Assembly: GCA_963737155.1 (NCBI GenBank)
Contig: CAVTRN010000002.1
Location: 128,001 to 192,000 of the forward strand
DNA: 64,000 nucleotides
DNA from: Nitrospirota bacterium
GTDB taxonomy: Bacteria; Nitrospirota; UBA9217
Direction: 5' to 3'
This document shows, piece by piece, positions 52,026-62,322 of this stretch. Below the pieces are notes generated by a model. That model was not told where the DNA came from. It saw nothing but the letters and a program-made list of their open reading frames with translations, and did not search any database. Made by a program: the position numbers and the translations under genes. Positions within the stretch are counted from its first letter, which is position 1, and each line of letters starts with the position of its first letter.

Positions 52026-52738
52026 GGATAGCAGTTTTTGGAGATATACACGGAAATATCGAGGCACTCAAAGCAGCCTATGATGCGGCTATGACTTTGC
52101 AGCCCGACAAGACATATCACCTCGGCGATCTCGGCGGCTATGCGCCCTTTGTGAATGAGGTCGTGTATTTCCTTGTCGAGCATGGCATCGATGGCGTGCA
52201 GGGGAACTACGACGAGGCAATAGCGAATGACCGCGAGCACTGCGGATGCAAGGCAGAGGATCTTGTCCAGGAGGAGATGGCAAACCTGTCCTTTGCCTGG
52301 ACGAAGAAACACACATCAGCGAAGAGCAAAGCCTACATGAAGAGCCTACCGATAAAGATTACATTTACTGCCGAAGGGAGGAAGATCGTATTGTTCCACG
52401 CAACACCCCACAAAAATAACCTCTACTGGTATGAGGACCGACCGGAGAAGTTCTTTCTTGAGATGGCCGAGAAAAGCGATGCCGATGTCATGATCTATGG
52501 GCATATTCACAGGCCGTACAGAAAAGACATCAACGGAAAAGTCTTTATCAGTGCTGGAAGCGTAGGCAAGCCCAAGGACGGTGATGCAAGAGCATGCGTT
52601 GCAGTAGTGGACATAACACCGAAGGCCGTTGATGCAAAGTTTATTCGCGTGCCATACGAATTAGAAAAGGTAGCAGGCGCCATCATCGAAAGCAGCTTGC
52701 CTGCGTATTTCGCCGACAAGCTGAGGCGCGGGGCATGA
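52022..52738 (+). CDS. Metallophosphoesterase (calcineurin-like)
   Basis: [32 protein letters not shown]; HCGC motif. Confidence 0.92.
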   Translation: MRIAVFGDIHGNIEALKAAYDAAMTLQPDKTYHLGDLGGYAPFVNEVVYFLVEHGIDGVQGNYDEAIANDREHCGCKAEDLVQEEMANLSFAWTKKHTSAKSKAYMKSLPIKITFTAEGRKIVLFHATPHKNNLYWYEDRPEKFFLEMAEKSDADVMIYGHIHRPYRKDINGKVFISAGSVGKPKDGDARACVAVVDITPKAVDAKFIRVPYELEKVAGAIIESSLPAYFADKLRRGA

Positions 52739-52757
52739 ACCAGGACCAGTATCAGGG

Positions 52758-53849
52758 ATGAGGAATACTATGACCGACTCAGGCAAAAAGAAATTATCTT
52801 TCATCGATCGTTTTCTGACTTTGTGGATCTTTGCTGCAATGGCCATTGGGGTTGGGCTGGGGTATTTCGTTCCTGGCACTGGGAAACTGATTAATAGCTT
52901 TCAGGTCGGCACTACGAACATTCCTATCGCCATCGGACTTGTCCTGATGATGTATCCCCCGCTTGCCAAAGTTAAGTACGAAGAACTGGGCGAGGTCTTC
53001 CGGAACAAAAAGATTCTGATCCTATCACTCGTCCAGAACTGGATTATCGGTCCGGTCCTGATGTTTGTTCTTGCTATCATATTCCTTCGGGGCTATCCCG
53101 ACTATATGGTAGGCCTCATCATGATCGGGCTTGCCCGCTGCATCGCCATGGTCATAGTATGGAACGAGCTCGCCTGCGGCGATTCCGAGTACGCGGCTGG
53201 ACTCGTGGCGTTCAATTCCGTATTTCAAGTCCTCTTCTTCTCGGTTTACGCATATGTCTTCATAACCGTTCTGCCCGCCTGGTTCGGACTCAAGGGCGTC
53301 GTAGTCAATGTTACCATCGGCCAGATTGCACAAAGCGTCTTTATCTATCTCGGAATACCCTTCATTGCCGGAATGCTGACACGGTTCAGCCTCATGAGGG
53401 TCAAGGGACGACAATGGTACGAACAATCATTCATCCCCAAGATCAGCCCTTTTACTCTCGTATTTCTCCTATTCACCATTGTTGTCATGTTCTCGCTCAA
53501 AGGCAGTTATATTATCAGGCTTCCGCTTGATGTCATCCGGATCGCAGTCCCACTGCTTATCTATTTCGTTGTCATGTTTCTGGTCTCGTTCTATCTCGGG
53601 AAAAAGATCGGTGCAGACTATCCAAAGACAGCGACGCTTTCTTTCACAGCTGCAAGCAACAACTTCGAGCTCGCCATCGCTGTTGCCGTGGCTGTTTTCG
53701 GGATCAATTCTGGATCGGCCTTTGCCGCCGTCATTGGTCCCCTGGTAGAAGTTCCTGTGCTGATCGGTCTCGTGAATGTCGCCCGGTATTTTCAAAAGAG
53801 ATATTTCACGCTCGCATACTGCCGGGTAAACTCAACGACGCCAATGTAG
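52758..53849 (+). CDS. acr3: ACR3-family arsenite efflux transporter
   Basis: [47 protein letters not shown]. Confidence 0.95.
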   Translation: MRNTMTDSGKKKLSFIDRFLTLWIFAAMAIGVGLGYFVPGTGKLINSFQVGTTNIPIAIGLVLMMYPPLAKVKYEELGEVFRNKKILILSLVQNWIIGPVLMFVLAIIFLRGYPDYMVGLIMIGLARCIAMVIVWNELACGDSEYAAGLVAFNSVFQVLFFSVYAYVFITVLPAWFGLKGVVVNVTIGQIAQSVFIYLGIPFIAGMLTRFSLMRVKGRQWYEQSFIPKISPFTLVFLLFTIVVMFSLKGSYIIRLPLDVIRIAVPLLIYFVVMFLVSFYLGKKIGADYPKTATLSFTAASNNFELAIAVAVAVFGINSGSAFAAVIGPLVEVPVLIGLVNVARYFQKRYFTLAYCRVNSTTPM

Positions 53850-54032
53850 TAACGGTTCAGGCTAAATAATTGAGGAAAGGGGTCAATCCCGAGCTTATCA
53901 TCGGGTACCGTCATTCCGCCGAAGGACTGACTGGTACGATAAAAGAGGTTGAATTGCACGGGTCAGGTCTTTACATATAATAATTATAGAAGCTAACCCG
54001 TCGCCTAACGCTGTATATAGGGAGGTAATGAC

Positions 54033-54683
54033 ATGAAAGTACGACACAGCATTTTAATTGCGTTATTATTGCCGGTTCTTATGGTAATGAGTATTGTCAG
54101 CGCAGGCAGCGGCGCAAGCAACGATAACTCAATCAGGCTACCCATGACCGGTCAGACGACTTGCTATGACAGCTCAGGCATCGTAATATCCTGTGCTAAT
54201 ACAGGGCAAGATGGAGACCTGCAAAAAGGCGTTGCTTGGCCCAATCCGCGTTTTACCGCGAACGCTGATGCCACGATTACCGACAATCTTACAGGGCTTG
54301 TCTGGGCGCCCAATGGCAATCTCATGCAGACAAGAGATTCTGGTTGGAAACAGTACCGGACATTCGTCGGAGCGGTTACATGGCAGTATGCCCTTGATTA
54401 TGTTGCAAAGCTGAATGCTGAAAATTATCTTGGGCATAACGACTGGCGTTTGCCGAACTTAAAAGAACTCGGAAGCCTTGTCAATAATGCCCAGCTCGAT
54501 ACCGCCGAGTGGCTGAATAGCCAAGGATTCACCAATGTACAGGCTGGGGACTTCTATTGGTCATCTACCTCGTATGCCAACGATGCCGTCAAGGCATGGG
54601 TCGTCGACATGACCTACGGCAACCTGCACTACCTCAATAAGGCAAATGACCACTTTGTATGGCCTGTACGTGGGGGACAGTAG
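54033..54683 (+). CDS. Exported DUF1566 (Lcl C-terminal) domain protein
   Basis: Signal peptide, TGQTTCYD, GQDG, RFT.N.D.TITDNLTGLVW, DWRLPN.KEL, YWSST, VWPVRGG. Confidence 0.92.
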   Translation: MKVRHSILIALLLPVLMVMSIVSAGSGASNDNSIRLPMTGQTTCYDSSGIVISCANTGQDGDLQKGVAWPNPRFTANADATITDNLTGLVWAPNGNLMQTRDSGWKQYRTFVGAVTWQYALDYVAKLNAENYLGHNDWRLPNLKELGSLVNNAQLDTAEWLNSQGFTNVQAGDFYWSSTSYANDAVKAWVVDMTYGNLHYLNKANDHFVWPVRGGQ

Positions 54684-54881
54684 CTATTCGAACATTTGAG
54701 AGTTTGTACGGGGCGCCGGGGCGCCTGCCGGCTTTAGTGCGCCGGACATTCGCTTTATCGATGACCCTTGGGGGGCCCCTCACTAACAGGCCTTTCCTGC
54801 TACTCTTTCATCTATCTGATTTCTTGTATTAAAAGAAGTCAGTATCCCCTCTTCACCTTCTAACAGTTTCACCGGGGGGAT

Positions 54882-54914
54882 AAAAAAAGGGCTACAGCAG
54901 TTGCTGTAACCCTA
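54882..54914 (-). terminator. Terminator following the tRNA remnant
   Basis: Minus strand agggttacagca-ac-tgctgtagccct followed by a T run. Confidence 0.7.
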
Positions 54915-54923
54915 AGAATTGAT

Positions 54924-54969
54924 TGGTAGCGGGGGCCGGATCTGAACCGACGACCTTCGGGTTATGAGC
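54924..54969 (-). other. 3' half of tRNA-fMet (att-site scar)
   Basis: Minus strand gctcataacccgaaggtcgtcggttcagatccggcccccgctacca: CAT anticodon loop through CCA; 5' half absent. Confidence 0.85.
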
Positions 54970-55032
54970 TCTTTGTGAAACTCTACATCCTTTTAATTAC
55001 AATAAGTTTTAGTTTTTTGAACCAGTGAAATA

Positions 55033-55200
55033 CCGTTCCTAAAAACATAGTATTTTATTTCTCATAACTATGACGGCAGCCGAACAGTGCTGCTGCCGGT
55101 TAACGTCAGGGATTCCCGCCCTGATTCGCCCAAGTCCCGTTGTTTGCTGATCGGGATTGCTTCCGGTGCCTTTTCAGTAAGACTGCTACTGGCAGGTGGC
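55033..55200 (-). ncRNA. Putative omega/reRNA scaffold of TnpB
   Basis: Stacked hairpins at the right end (tcaggg-cgggaat-ccctga; ggcagc..cactgttcg..gctgcc). The 5' boundary is uncertain. Confidence 0.45.
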
Positions 55201-56477
55201 CCGGAGAATTGCGCTGTCGACGGGATGATGGCTTCTTCTGCAATTCAGCGCAGCCTGGGGAGTCCTGTAAGGACCGTCGTTGATAGAGACTGTGATGATT
55301 GCCACAACCTCCCCGAGTCTTCATCTTGCTCCAAAACTTCCAGACGTGCTCCTCTCGATTCCTTGCAGGTAGAGGGGAGGCGGTTCTGCTTGGTATGGGA
55401 GACTCGGAATATCCTTGAACTCTTCTCGCGATCGCAAGCGCCGCTGCTTCATGCGGCGAGATGCCATGAAAAGACATATAATTGTTTCTGCCGATAGCGG
55501 ATGTGTAAGCAGGATTCACGGAGAGCACACCGACGCCTGCCTTATATGCTCTGCGGTCAAGCATGTTTAAAAAGGTGGAATAGGCGAACCCGGATAGCAT
55601 CCGCGCATACGTTACTCCCTGTTCTTTAAGAGATGCTTTCTTCTTTTCGAAGTCAAGAGTTTCATGAGCGACGGGTTTCCCTGTTTTAATTGACCGGTCG
55701 ATAATGCCGACGCAGATATCACCGTAAGTTGCCTCGGTCTGTTCCGTGGTTCTGTCTTTTATACATGCAGCATACGTTGTGTGCCAGACAAAATTGCCGA
55801 ACCGGTCAGTACGATCCCAGACAAAACGATGAAGAGCTTCGGGCAGCCTTCCAGGCAGACAGCCAGTTATTGTGGGATTTATAACCGTTTTCAGAAAGGC
55901 TAAACTGCTTGTAGAAAAGTTTTTTCGTCCCAAAGCAAATCCTGATTCGGCCTTTGTCCAAATCGTATTTCAGTTTTTCGAGTTTTTGCTCCGATGAATG
56001 GAGCTTCCGTTTTTTGTTATGGACCGCAAACCGGAGAGACTTCACCCTGGGCGTTTTCTCATGTCCGGACAATTTTTCGTCTTTGCGTATGTCAATGACA
56101 TTGTTCTCTTTGGTTCTAATCCATTTTCGCACAGATTTTATTTTTTGTTCGAGCTTTCCAACCCGCAGTTTCAATATCTCAACCGCGGAACTGATATTGC
56201 CGTCAAGATCGTAGCGGATAGCGTTAAACTGCCGGGCGGTAATACCATACTTAACAAGATACTCATTTTTGAATGAAATGGGTTTGTTGCCGGAACGAAC
56301 GCTGTCTTTAAAGAGAGAGCGTTTGATGTGCCCGTATGAGTCGCCGATATCGTCAAGAACATGATAAAGAGACTTCTTTGTGTCCAGGTAAGACATGTCA
56401 ATCAGCAAAGTTTGAGCGGTAAAAGAAAGTGTTTCACTTTTGCCGCTCTTGCCCATTTTATCCTTATTACTTGCCAT
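55106..56477 (-). pseudogene. tnpB: TnpB with an internal deletion and frameshift
   Basis: N-part ...YGITARQFNAI...ICFGTKKLF.KQF...FCLGS joins out of frame at ~55811 to TDRFGN...HETLDFEKKK...LSGFAYS...VNPAYTS.IG...HEAAALAIARR. The RuvC-I segment is missing. Confidence 0.85.
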
Positions 56478-57033
56478 TTTCCATGGCCTCCAGAGCTTTT
56501 TTTGCTTTATTGGCCGCTGACCGGCGTCCGTAGAGCCTTGCGCAAAACGATGTCAATACTTCAATCATGTCCTGCACCAGATCGTCCTTTAGCTCGGTCT
56601 GGTCTACAATAATAAGTTGACGACCTTGAGCTCGAAGTGCCGATTCTACATACTCAGACCCAAACCGCATAAGCCGGTCACGATGCAAGGCGACAATAAT
56701 ACTGACGTTGGAGTCGGCAAGCAGCTTCATGAGTTTTGGCCTGTGCCCATTAAGACCAGATCCAACCTCAGACACCGCTTTTGAAACTGACAACCCTTTG
56801 GAAGCGGCATATACGGAAAGCCGCCCGAGCTGCCCGTCCAGGTCTTTCTTTTGGTCATGACTGGATACCCGGGCATAAATAGCAACAGAACCTTGGGCAG
56901 TTTTCTGCTCTTTTATAATGATGGTTCCGGTAGGCATCTGCTCAGCCTCAACCGGCAGCTTGCCAGCCTTCCACCATTTCCATGCCGCTTGATAGGTTAT
57001 ACCTTGTTGCTTTGCCCATACGCTTAGCTTCAT
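56467..57033 (-). CDS. tnpA: IS607 serine transposase TnpA
   Basis: MKLSVWAKQQGITYQAAWKWWKAG HTH, IYARVSSHDQK.DL..Q, EVGSGLN, HRDRLMRFG, SFCARLYGRRS. Confidence 0.95.
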   Translation of the reverse strand: MKLSVWAKQQGITYQAAWKWWKAGKLPVEAEQMPTGTIIIKEQKTAQGSVAIYARVSSHDQKKDLDGQLGRLSVYAASKGLSVSKAVSEVGSGLNGHRPKLMKLLADSNVSIIVALHRDRLMRFGSEYVESALRAQGRQLIIVDQTELKDDLVQDMIEVLTSFCARLYGRRSAANKAKKALEAMENGK

Positions 57034-57349
57034 AAATACATTATATCATATAAAATTATATTATACAATATAAATATTAACAGTATTCCACCCTCTTTTC
57101 GACCAGCAACTCTTGCACCATGGATCATCGGGCGTAACGCCAAAAATTATTTGTCAGGTATGCTCTCGCCGATTATGATATTGTATAATATTAACATTTA
57201 CACCGGCTAAACCGTCATGAACGACTTTTCTTCAACAACGCAGGTTTTCTGATTGCGGAACCCCTGAGCCGGACTTTAATGTCATTGCCGCTTTTCCGTA
57301 TCGTCCCCGACCGAGAGGCGGCACACTGCAAGGGGAAGTTACTATCGAC

Positions 57350-58036
57350 GTGAACACAGAGAATCAGACGATCCCTGACGCGAATGAGTGCGTGATCCTC
57401 CTGCATGGTCTGGGCCGCTTCAGACAGTCCATGCGCAGGATCGACAAGCATCTGAAAAGTCTTGGCTATACAACCATCAACCTCGCCTATCCTTCAACGA
57501 CCAAATCGATCGAGACAATCGCCGAAACTCACCTTGCACGCGCTGTGCGGAGCTGTGAGACCGATGGATCGAGGAAAATCCATTTCGTCGGGCATTCCCT
57601 GGGCGGCCTCATCGTACGTCAGTACCTGCAGAGGCATTCGGTGCCCGCCGGCAGTAGGTTCGTGATGATCTCCTCGCCGAACCAGGGGAGCGAACTCGTC
57701 GACCTACTCCTGCATGTTCCCCTATACCGGTGGGTAACCGGTCCGGCCGGCCAGGAGATAGGAAGAGGACCGGAGTCCGTAGTCCATCGCTTGAAGCCGG
57801 TAGAGGTCGAGATAGGCGTGATAGCGGGAAACCGCAGCATGAACCTACTGGTCTCCATCTTCATGGACGAGCCAGGCGATGGTATGGTTTCGGTGAAAAG
57901 CACCATGCTCCCGGAGATGCGTGACTTCATCGTAGTCCCAAGCACCCACACGTTTATCATGAATAATCCACTCGTAATGAGGCAGGTCGCGAATTTTTTC
58001 AAGTACGGGAGGTTCGACCATAGCAGGACAGGATGA
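57350..58036 (+). CDS. Alpha/beta hydrolase (lipase/esterase-like)
   Basis: LLHGL, FVGHSLGG, PNQGS, DGMVSV, HTFIM. Confidence 0.9.
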   Translation: MNTENQTIPDANECVILLHGLGRFRQSMRRIDKHLKSLGYTTINLAYPSTTKSIETIAETHLARAVRSCETDGSRKIHFVGHSLGGLIVRQYLQRHSVPAGSRFVMISSPNQGSELVDLLLHVPLYRWVTGPAGQEIGRGPESVVHRLKPVEVEIGVIAGNRSMNLLVSIFMDEPGDGMVSVKSTMLPEMRDFIVVPSTHTFIMNNPLVMRQVANFFKYGRFDHSRTG

Positions 58037-58157
58037 GCAAGACTGCAAGCCGGGCTGAAGGAGGATAAGCCTCGGATTTGTTCCTCGCTCTGTCTGCGGC
58101 ATGCTTCTCATCTCTCCGAGTGCTCAATCCTTTTATCAATCCTTGGCGCCAACCTCC

Positions 58158-59810
58158 CTAACCCGGACAAGCCGGAACCAAGAGGTTTTATAAAAACCAT
58201 GATACAATGAAGGCTCTACTCATTGTAGTCATGGAGGTTGCTATGATGATTCCTGAACGCTACCAAGATAAAATAGCCGGTTCACTATCCTGCTATGACC
58301 GCATGATCATGCAGGGCACGCTGCCCGGCTGGTGCTTCGATAAGGGGATGACGGCATTCCTCTATGCCCGACAGATCAAGATTTTCGATTATGCCCAGTT
58401 CGCCAAAGCGCTTCAGGAAAAAGTCCGGGAGAACGCTGAGGGCCTCGCGAATGAGAACAGCATTGAGATCGAGTTCATCCGCAAGCTGGGTGCGTTCCGT
58501 AAAGAGGCTCGGATCAAAGAAATCATCAAAGCGCGTGGCGAGCAACCCGGCCTTGTTCATATCTTCTCGGCCATGGAAGCCTGCACCAGCTACAAACCCT
58601 GGCACGACAAAAACACCGGCAAGACCTTTCTCAAGTATGATTCCGGAAAGTGTCTCCACTATTACTTCTACTTCATCGACAAGACGTTCGGCCTGTGCTA
58701 CCTCCGCGTTCCCACCTGGGCACCGTTCCGGCTCCAGTTCTATATGAACGGCCACAACTGGCTGGCGGCGAAATTGGCAAAAAAGAAAATCCCCTATGTT
58801 CTTCGGGAGAACGCGTTTCTCTCTATCGATAATTTTCCCAAAGCCCAGGAGCTTTCTGACAGCATCAAGGTGTCGGACTTACACCATGCACTGGACAGAT
58901 TCGCTAAACAATACTGCCCGGTCGGTAACGGGTACGGACTTACCTACCACTGGAGCACTATGCAGGTGGAATATGCCACCGACATCGTTTTCAAGAAGCA
59001 ATCGGACCTGCACACGTTGTATGAGCAAATCGTTCGAACCGCCATTCACTCCGTGAAACCGGAGAATATCGCGACCTTTCTGGGTCGGAAGCTCCACGGC
59101 AATTATCAAGGCGAAATGGGCAACAACTTCAACACCCGAATTCAGGGAACACGGATCAAGCACCATATGGGCGCTTCATCCATCAAGATGTACGACAAGT
59201 TCGGCAGCATCCTCCGGATTGAGACCACGACCAACGACGTCTCGGAGTTCAAGCACTATCGGGAAGTCCAGTCGCGGATCGGAGATCCTGTCCACAAGAA
59301 CGCACCCATGAAGAAGAACATCTACAGCCTGTTTGACCTTACGGCGATCTTCAAGGCCTCGAACCGCCGTTATCTTGAGTTCATCTCCACGTTCGACGAC
59401 CAAAGCGCGGGAATCAATAACCTTGATAAAATTTCAAAGACCGTGGAAACAGGCGACCGTTCCTACAAGGGCTTCAATCTCTTCAGCGACGATGATCTCA
59501 AACTGTTCGAGGTTCTCGCCCGCGGCGAGTTCAACATCAACGGACTTCAGAATAAATCTCTACGAAAACAGCTGCCATCCGTGACGAGCAGTACCATGAC
59601 GAGAATTCTGAAACGGCTTCACGTCCACGGCATTATTCGGAAAGTCGGAAAAACATACAAGTACTACGTTTCAAAACTCGGTAAGGCTGTTATCGCTGCG
59701 GGATTGACCATCCGAAATATGTCTGTAATCCCGCAACTGGCGCATGTTTAATGCATATTCACCAAATTGTTCTACCCATTTTGAGAAGCTTTTGATTCTT
59801 TAGTTACTAA
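58158..59810 (+). mobile_element. Putative IS-like element without TIRs, flanked by CTAA direct repeats
   Basis: CTAA at 58158-58161 and 59807-59810; left end cccggacaagccggaacc forms a small hairpin; a single ORF fills the element. Boundaries are inferred. Confidence 0.55.
58243..59751 (+). CDS. Putative transposase with Rep_trans-like motifs and a C-terminal winged helix (often labelled a MarR regulator)
   Basis: SCYDRMIMQG, CLHYYFYFID, QVEYATDIVF, SIKMYDKFGSILRIETT, C-terminal wHTH; RBS ggaggt before the ATG at 58243. Confidence 0.65.
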   Translation: MMIPERYQDKIAGSLSCYDRMIMQGTLPGWCFDKGMTAFLYARQIKIFDYAQFAKALQEKVRENAEGLANENSIEIEFIRKLGAFRKEARIKEIIKARGEQPGLVHIFSAMEACTSYKPWHDKNTGKTFLKYDSGKCLHYYFYFIDKTFGLCYLRVPTWAPFRLQFYMNGHNWLAAKLAKKKIPYVLRENAFLSIDNFPKAQELSDSIKVSDLHHALDRFAKQYCPVGNGYGLTYHWSTMQVEYATDIVFKKQSDLHTLYEQIVRTAIHSVKPENIATFLGRKLHGNYQGEMGNNFNTRIQGTRIKHHMGASSIKMYDKFGSILRIETTTNDVSEFKHYREVQSRIGDPVHKNAPMKKNIYSLFDLTAIFKASNRRYLEFISTFDDQSAGINNLDKISKTVETGDRSYKGFNLFSDDDLKLFEVLARGEFNINGLQNKSLRKQLPSVTSSTMTRILKRLHVHGIIRKVGKTYKYYVSKLGKAVIAAGLTIRNMSVIPQLAHV

Positions 59811-60140
59811 TCCCTGTTTTTGCCTCCGATATTCTGCACCGAAGTACTGCGGCTCTTTTGCCGAACAGTCGAAACCGGAAAGAGTGCACATTTCACGAAG
59901 AAGGTGCCAAAGAAGTAATCGGAAGCGTAGGGAATCGCATAGAGTAGTGCTTGCCCTGAGCTTTGTATATTGGGTGATGAGATAGGGTGCGACCAGAAAC
60001 CGGAAAAAGACGATATACGCGATTATGCCGTTGTCGATTATGCACTGCCAAATTCGTGACTATAGCAAAGAATTCCGGTTGAATTATCCATTGGAAAAAA
60101 CCACTATAACCACAGTTATGAATAACCCGCAACCGGTTGA

Positions 60141-61445
60141 TTAGAACGAAAGCACCTTCCCCATAAAGAGTATCAGGCCAGTTTGTTTTTCCCGAATAAA
60201 AAATATATAGGGATGATCGATCATAAGCGTCAGTTGAGGCAGCGGCACGCTCGTCGTACTCACCGAGATGCCGGTCGCGGCTGCTGCCTCTGTCCCGGAC
60301 TCGTCCACGCTGATAAAGGTTTGATGGAAGACACCGCTGATAAATAGGTCGTGGTTCCCGTCAATGCCGGAGAAGTCCGCGGTAGCCGGATTGAATGCGT
60401 CGGTCATGCCCAGAGAACTCAAAATAGGAACCATGCTTGCGGTGTAAGTAAAGGTGAATTTCGGGAGAGAAAGATCTACTTCCTGAGCGGCCAACTGACT
60501 GGTAATGTCACCCAGTATGGTCGGCGTAAGCGAGGATAGAAACGCATCGAACGTATCGGGATCCGGCATGATCATGAGCATCGAAAAATTGTTTCCGGCA
60601 TAGGGGATATCGACAGCCTGACATCCATCTGCCTGCGCATAAGACACCATAAAAGTTTGGCGCATAAAGGGAACCGATGATGTGGAACTGTTCTGATTGA
60701 AAAAGGACTGATTCGTCGTGCTCGCTTCCGAAAACGGTGACGCCCAGTTTGCCTTGAACCATAGGGCGTTCGTAAGAACGACGCGGGTATTGGGTGTTAC
60801 GCCTCCCTCGGGGATCAGGTTCTGGATCCTGTTATTCGTTTGGCTTTCCACCCATGCGTTGATCGTACTTCGCGCGTCCTCCGTCGCGTTGATGAAGTCA
60901 GCGAGATAAATGCCCGCACCGTAATTTACCGCGAGGGTGTCCAAATATGCCGGGAGAATGGGAAAACCCACTTGTCCCCAGATTGCATTGGCGTTCCTGA
61001 GCATGGGGAGTTGAGCGCCGGTTGAGGTAATGGAACCTGTGCCCTCGCTCGTGATCAATAGGTCGAGCTCATTTAGGGCCATGTTAAGGCGGTCTTGGGG
61101 AAGAGAAAACGACAGCGCCTGTTCGATCCCGCTTAAAGTATTCCCGCCAGCGCCCGGCGCTGCAAGAGCAAAGGCCTGGGTTATGCTATACGGAGAGAAA
61201 GCGGTATTGCTGTTTCCGCTCGGGTCGAGAAGGGGGAAAACCTTAAGTGCGAAATCCGTGTTGCCCGCTATGACCGCCGTGAAGTCCTCGCCAGGTACTT
61301 GCGGGTTCGTGTCACGCGCCAGGGACGACTGCGCAATCTGATATTGCGGCGGCTGCGTATTGTTTCCGGATTTACTGCACGCTATTGCGAGACCAAGCAG
61401 GCAGAAGGAAAAGAACCGTAAATTAGAGATAATTTTACTACACAT
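60141..61445 (-). CDS. Serpin family lipoprotein
   Basis: LAIAC lipobox, N.AFSPYSI, INAWVE.QT, NALWFKANW, LPKF, VDESGTEAAAATG hinge, DHPYIFFIRE..TGLILFMG. Confidence 0.95.
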   Translation of the reverse strand: MCSKIISNLRFFSFCLLGLAIACSKSGNNTQPPQYQIAQSSLARDTNPQVPGEDFTAVIAGNTDFALKVFPLLDPSGNSNTAFSPYSITQAFALAAPGAGGNTLSGIEQALSFSLPQDRLNMALNELDLLITSEGTGSITSTGAQLPMLRNANAIWGQVGFPILPAYLDTLAVNYGAGIYLADFINATEDARSTINAWVESQTNNRIQNLIPEGGVTPNTRVVLTNALWFKANWASPFSEASTTNQSFFNQNSSTSSVPFMRQTFMVSYAQADGCQAVDIPYAGNNFSMLMIMPDPDTFDAFLSSLTPTILGDITSQLAAQEVDLSLPKFTFTYTASMVPILSSLGMTDAFNPATADFSGIDGNHDLFISGVFHQTFISVDESGTEAAAATGISVSTTSVPLPQLTLMIDHPYIFFIREKQTGLILFMGKVLSF

Positions 61446-61852
61446 GCAGTCGCCTTCCCGCGGGAGTTTAGCTTTTTCTAGAACTATTTATATATTGGCA
61501 AAGCTTTGTAGTGTTGTCAAGTTCAAGGACTTGCAACTATGCACTTTATTTCATCCGCGAGTAATCTGAAAAGTGTACTTTGAATAAAATGTGACATGCA
61601 GCTGGAAGGGGTTCTTGAGGGGGATGTAAGAACACTTGGGGCACGACATTGTATGAATATCAAAGTGTGCTATGCAATTTTCATAGGGCACAATTGTCGC
61701 CCAGTGCGGGAAGGAACGTTGACCAAAACTTCGAATAAAATTCTTCACTTTTTTGTCAGGTCTGGCTGTCCGAACTTCACCTACAGTCCGCAATATCGAT
61801 AAAGCGAAACAACTATCAAGTTCTGTTTGAAATATGCATCCGAATTGATTTT

Positions 61853-62260
61853 TCACCTATCAAGTGCTTTGGCATCTATCCAACGGTCTAAAATGCGTTC
61901 TAAACCTTTCTTGAATTGATCGAGGTCTGTTGCCTTATGCAGAAAACCGTCAGCCCCGGCCTTTACAGCTTTCTGTTCGTCCGAATCCAAATTTGAGTTC
62001 GTGACCATGACCACCGGGATACTGCGCAAACTCTCGTCGTCACGTATGTTGCGTAATACTTCGATACCGTCCATCCGGGGCATTTTCAGGTCGAGCAGGA
62101 TCAGCTTTGGCGGAGTTCTCTCTCTCCGGATGAGCGTGAGGCCAGTTTCACCACTTAAGGCGACTTGCAACCTGAAAGCCCGCCCGGTCTTCGATAGGGC
62201 CAATTTTGTTATGATGATATCGTCCTCGCTATCATCTATGATAAGGATTGTTGGTTGCAT
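61853..62260 (-). CDS. Single-domain response regulator
   Basis: ILIIDDSEDD, LILLDLKMPRMDG, IPVVMVT, GAD.FLHK. Confidence 0.92.
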   Translation of the reverse strand: MQPTILIIDDSEDDIIITKLALSKTGRAFRLQVALSGETGLTLIRRERTPPKLILLDLKMPRMDGIEVLRNIRDDESLRSIPVVMVTNSNLDSDEQKAVKAGADGFLHKATDLDQFKKGLERILDRWIDAKALDR

Positions 62261-62322
62261 AATAATTTCCTTTGGCTGAGGACTGTAGATTGGCTGCAAA
62301 AATATCGGCAGATTGCTTCCTG

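Larger units (their letters stand above)
55033..57089 (-). mobile_element. IS607-family element
   Basis: tnpA + tnpB; ends at GG dinucleotides (...tttaggaacGG and GGaatactgtta...); imperfect 20-bp direct repeat at 57041-57080. Confidence 0.85.

Noticed and set aside
53870-54015. attC or REP remnants before the DUF1566 gene (gctaacccgtcg, gggtcaggtct)
   Set aside because: No complementary L'/R' boxes or partner palindrome; too short to support.
54924-54969. Functional tRNA-Met gene (also at 22455-22503)
   Set aside because: Both lack the 5' acceptor strand and D arm.
54700-57100. Type V CRISPR (Cas12-like) locus around tnpB
   Set aside because: No repeat-spacer array; the gene is coupled to IS607 tnpA.
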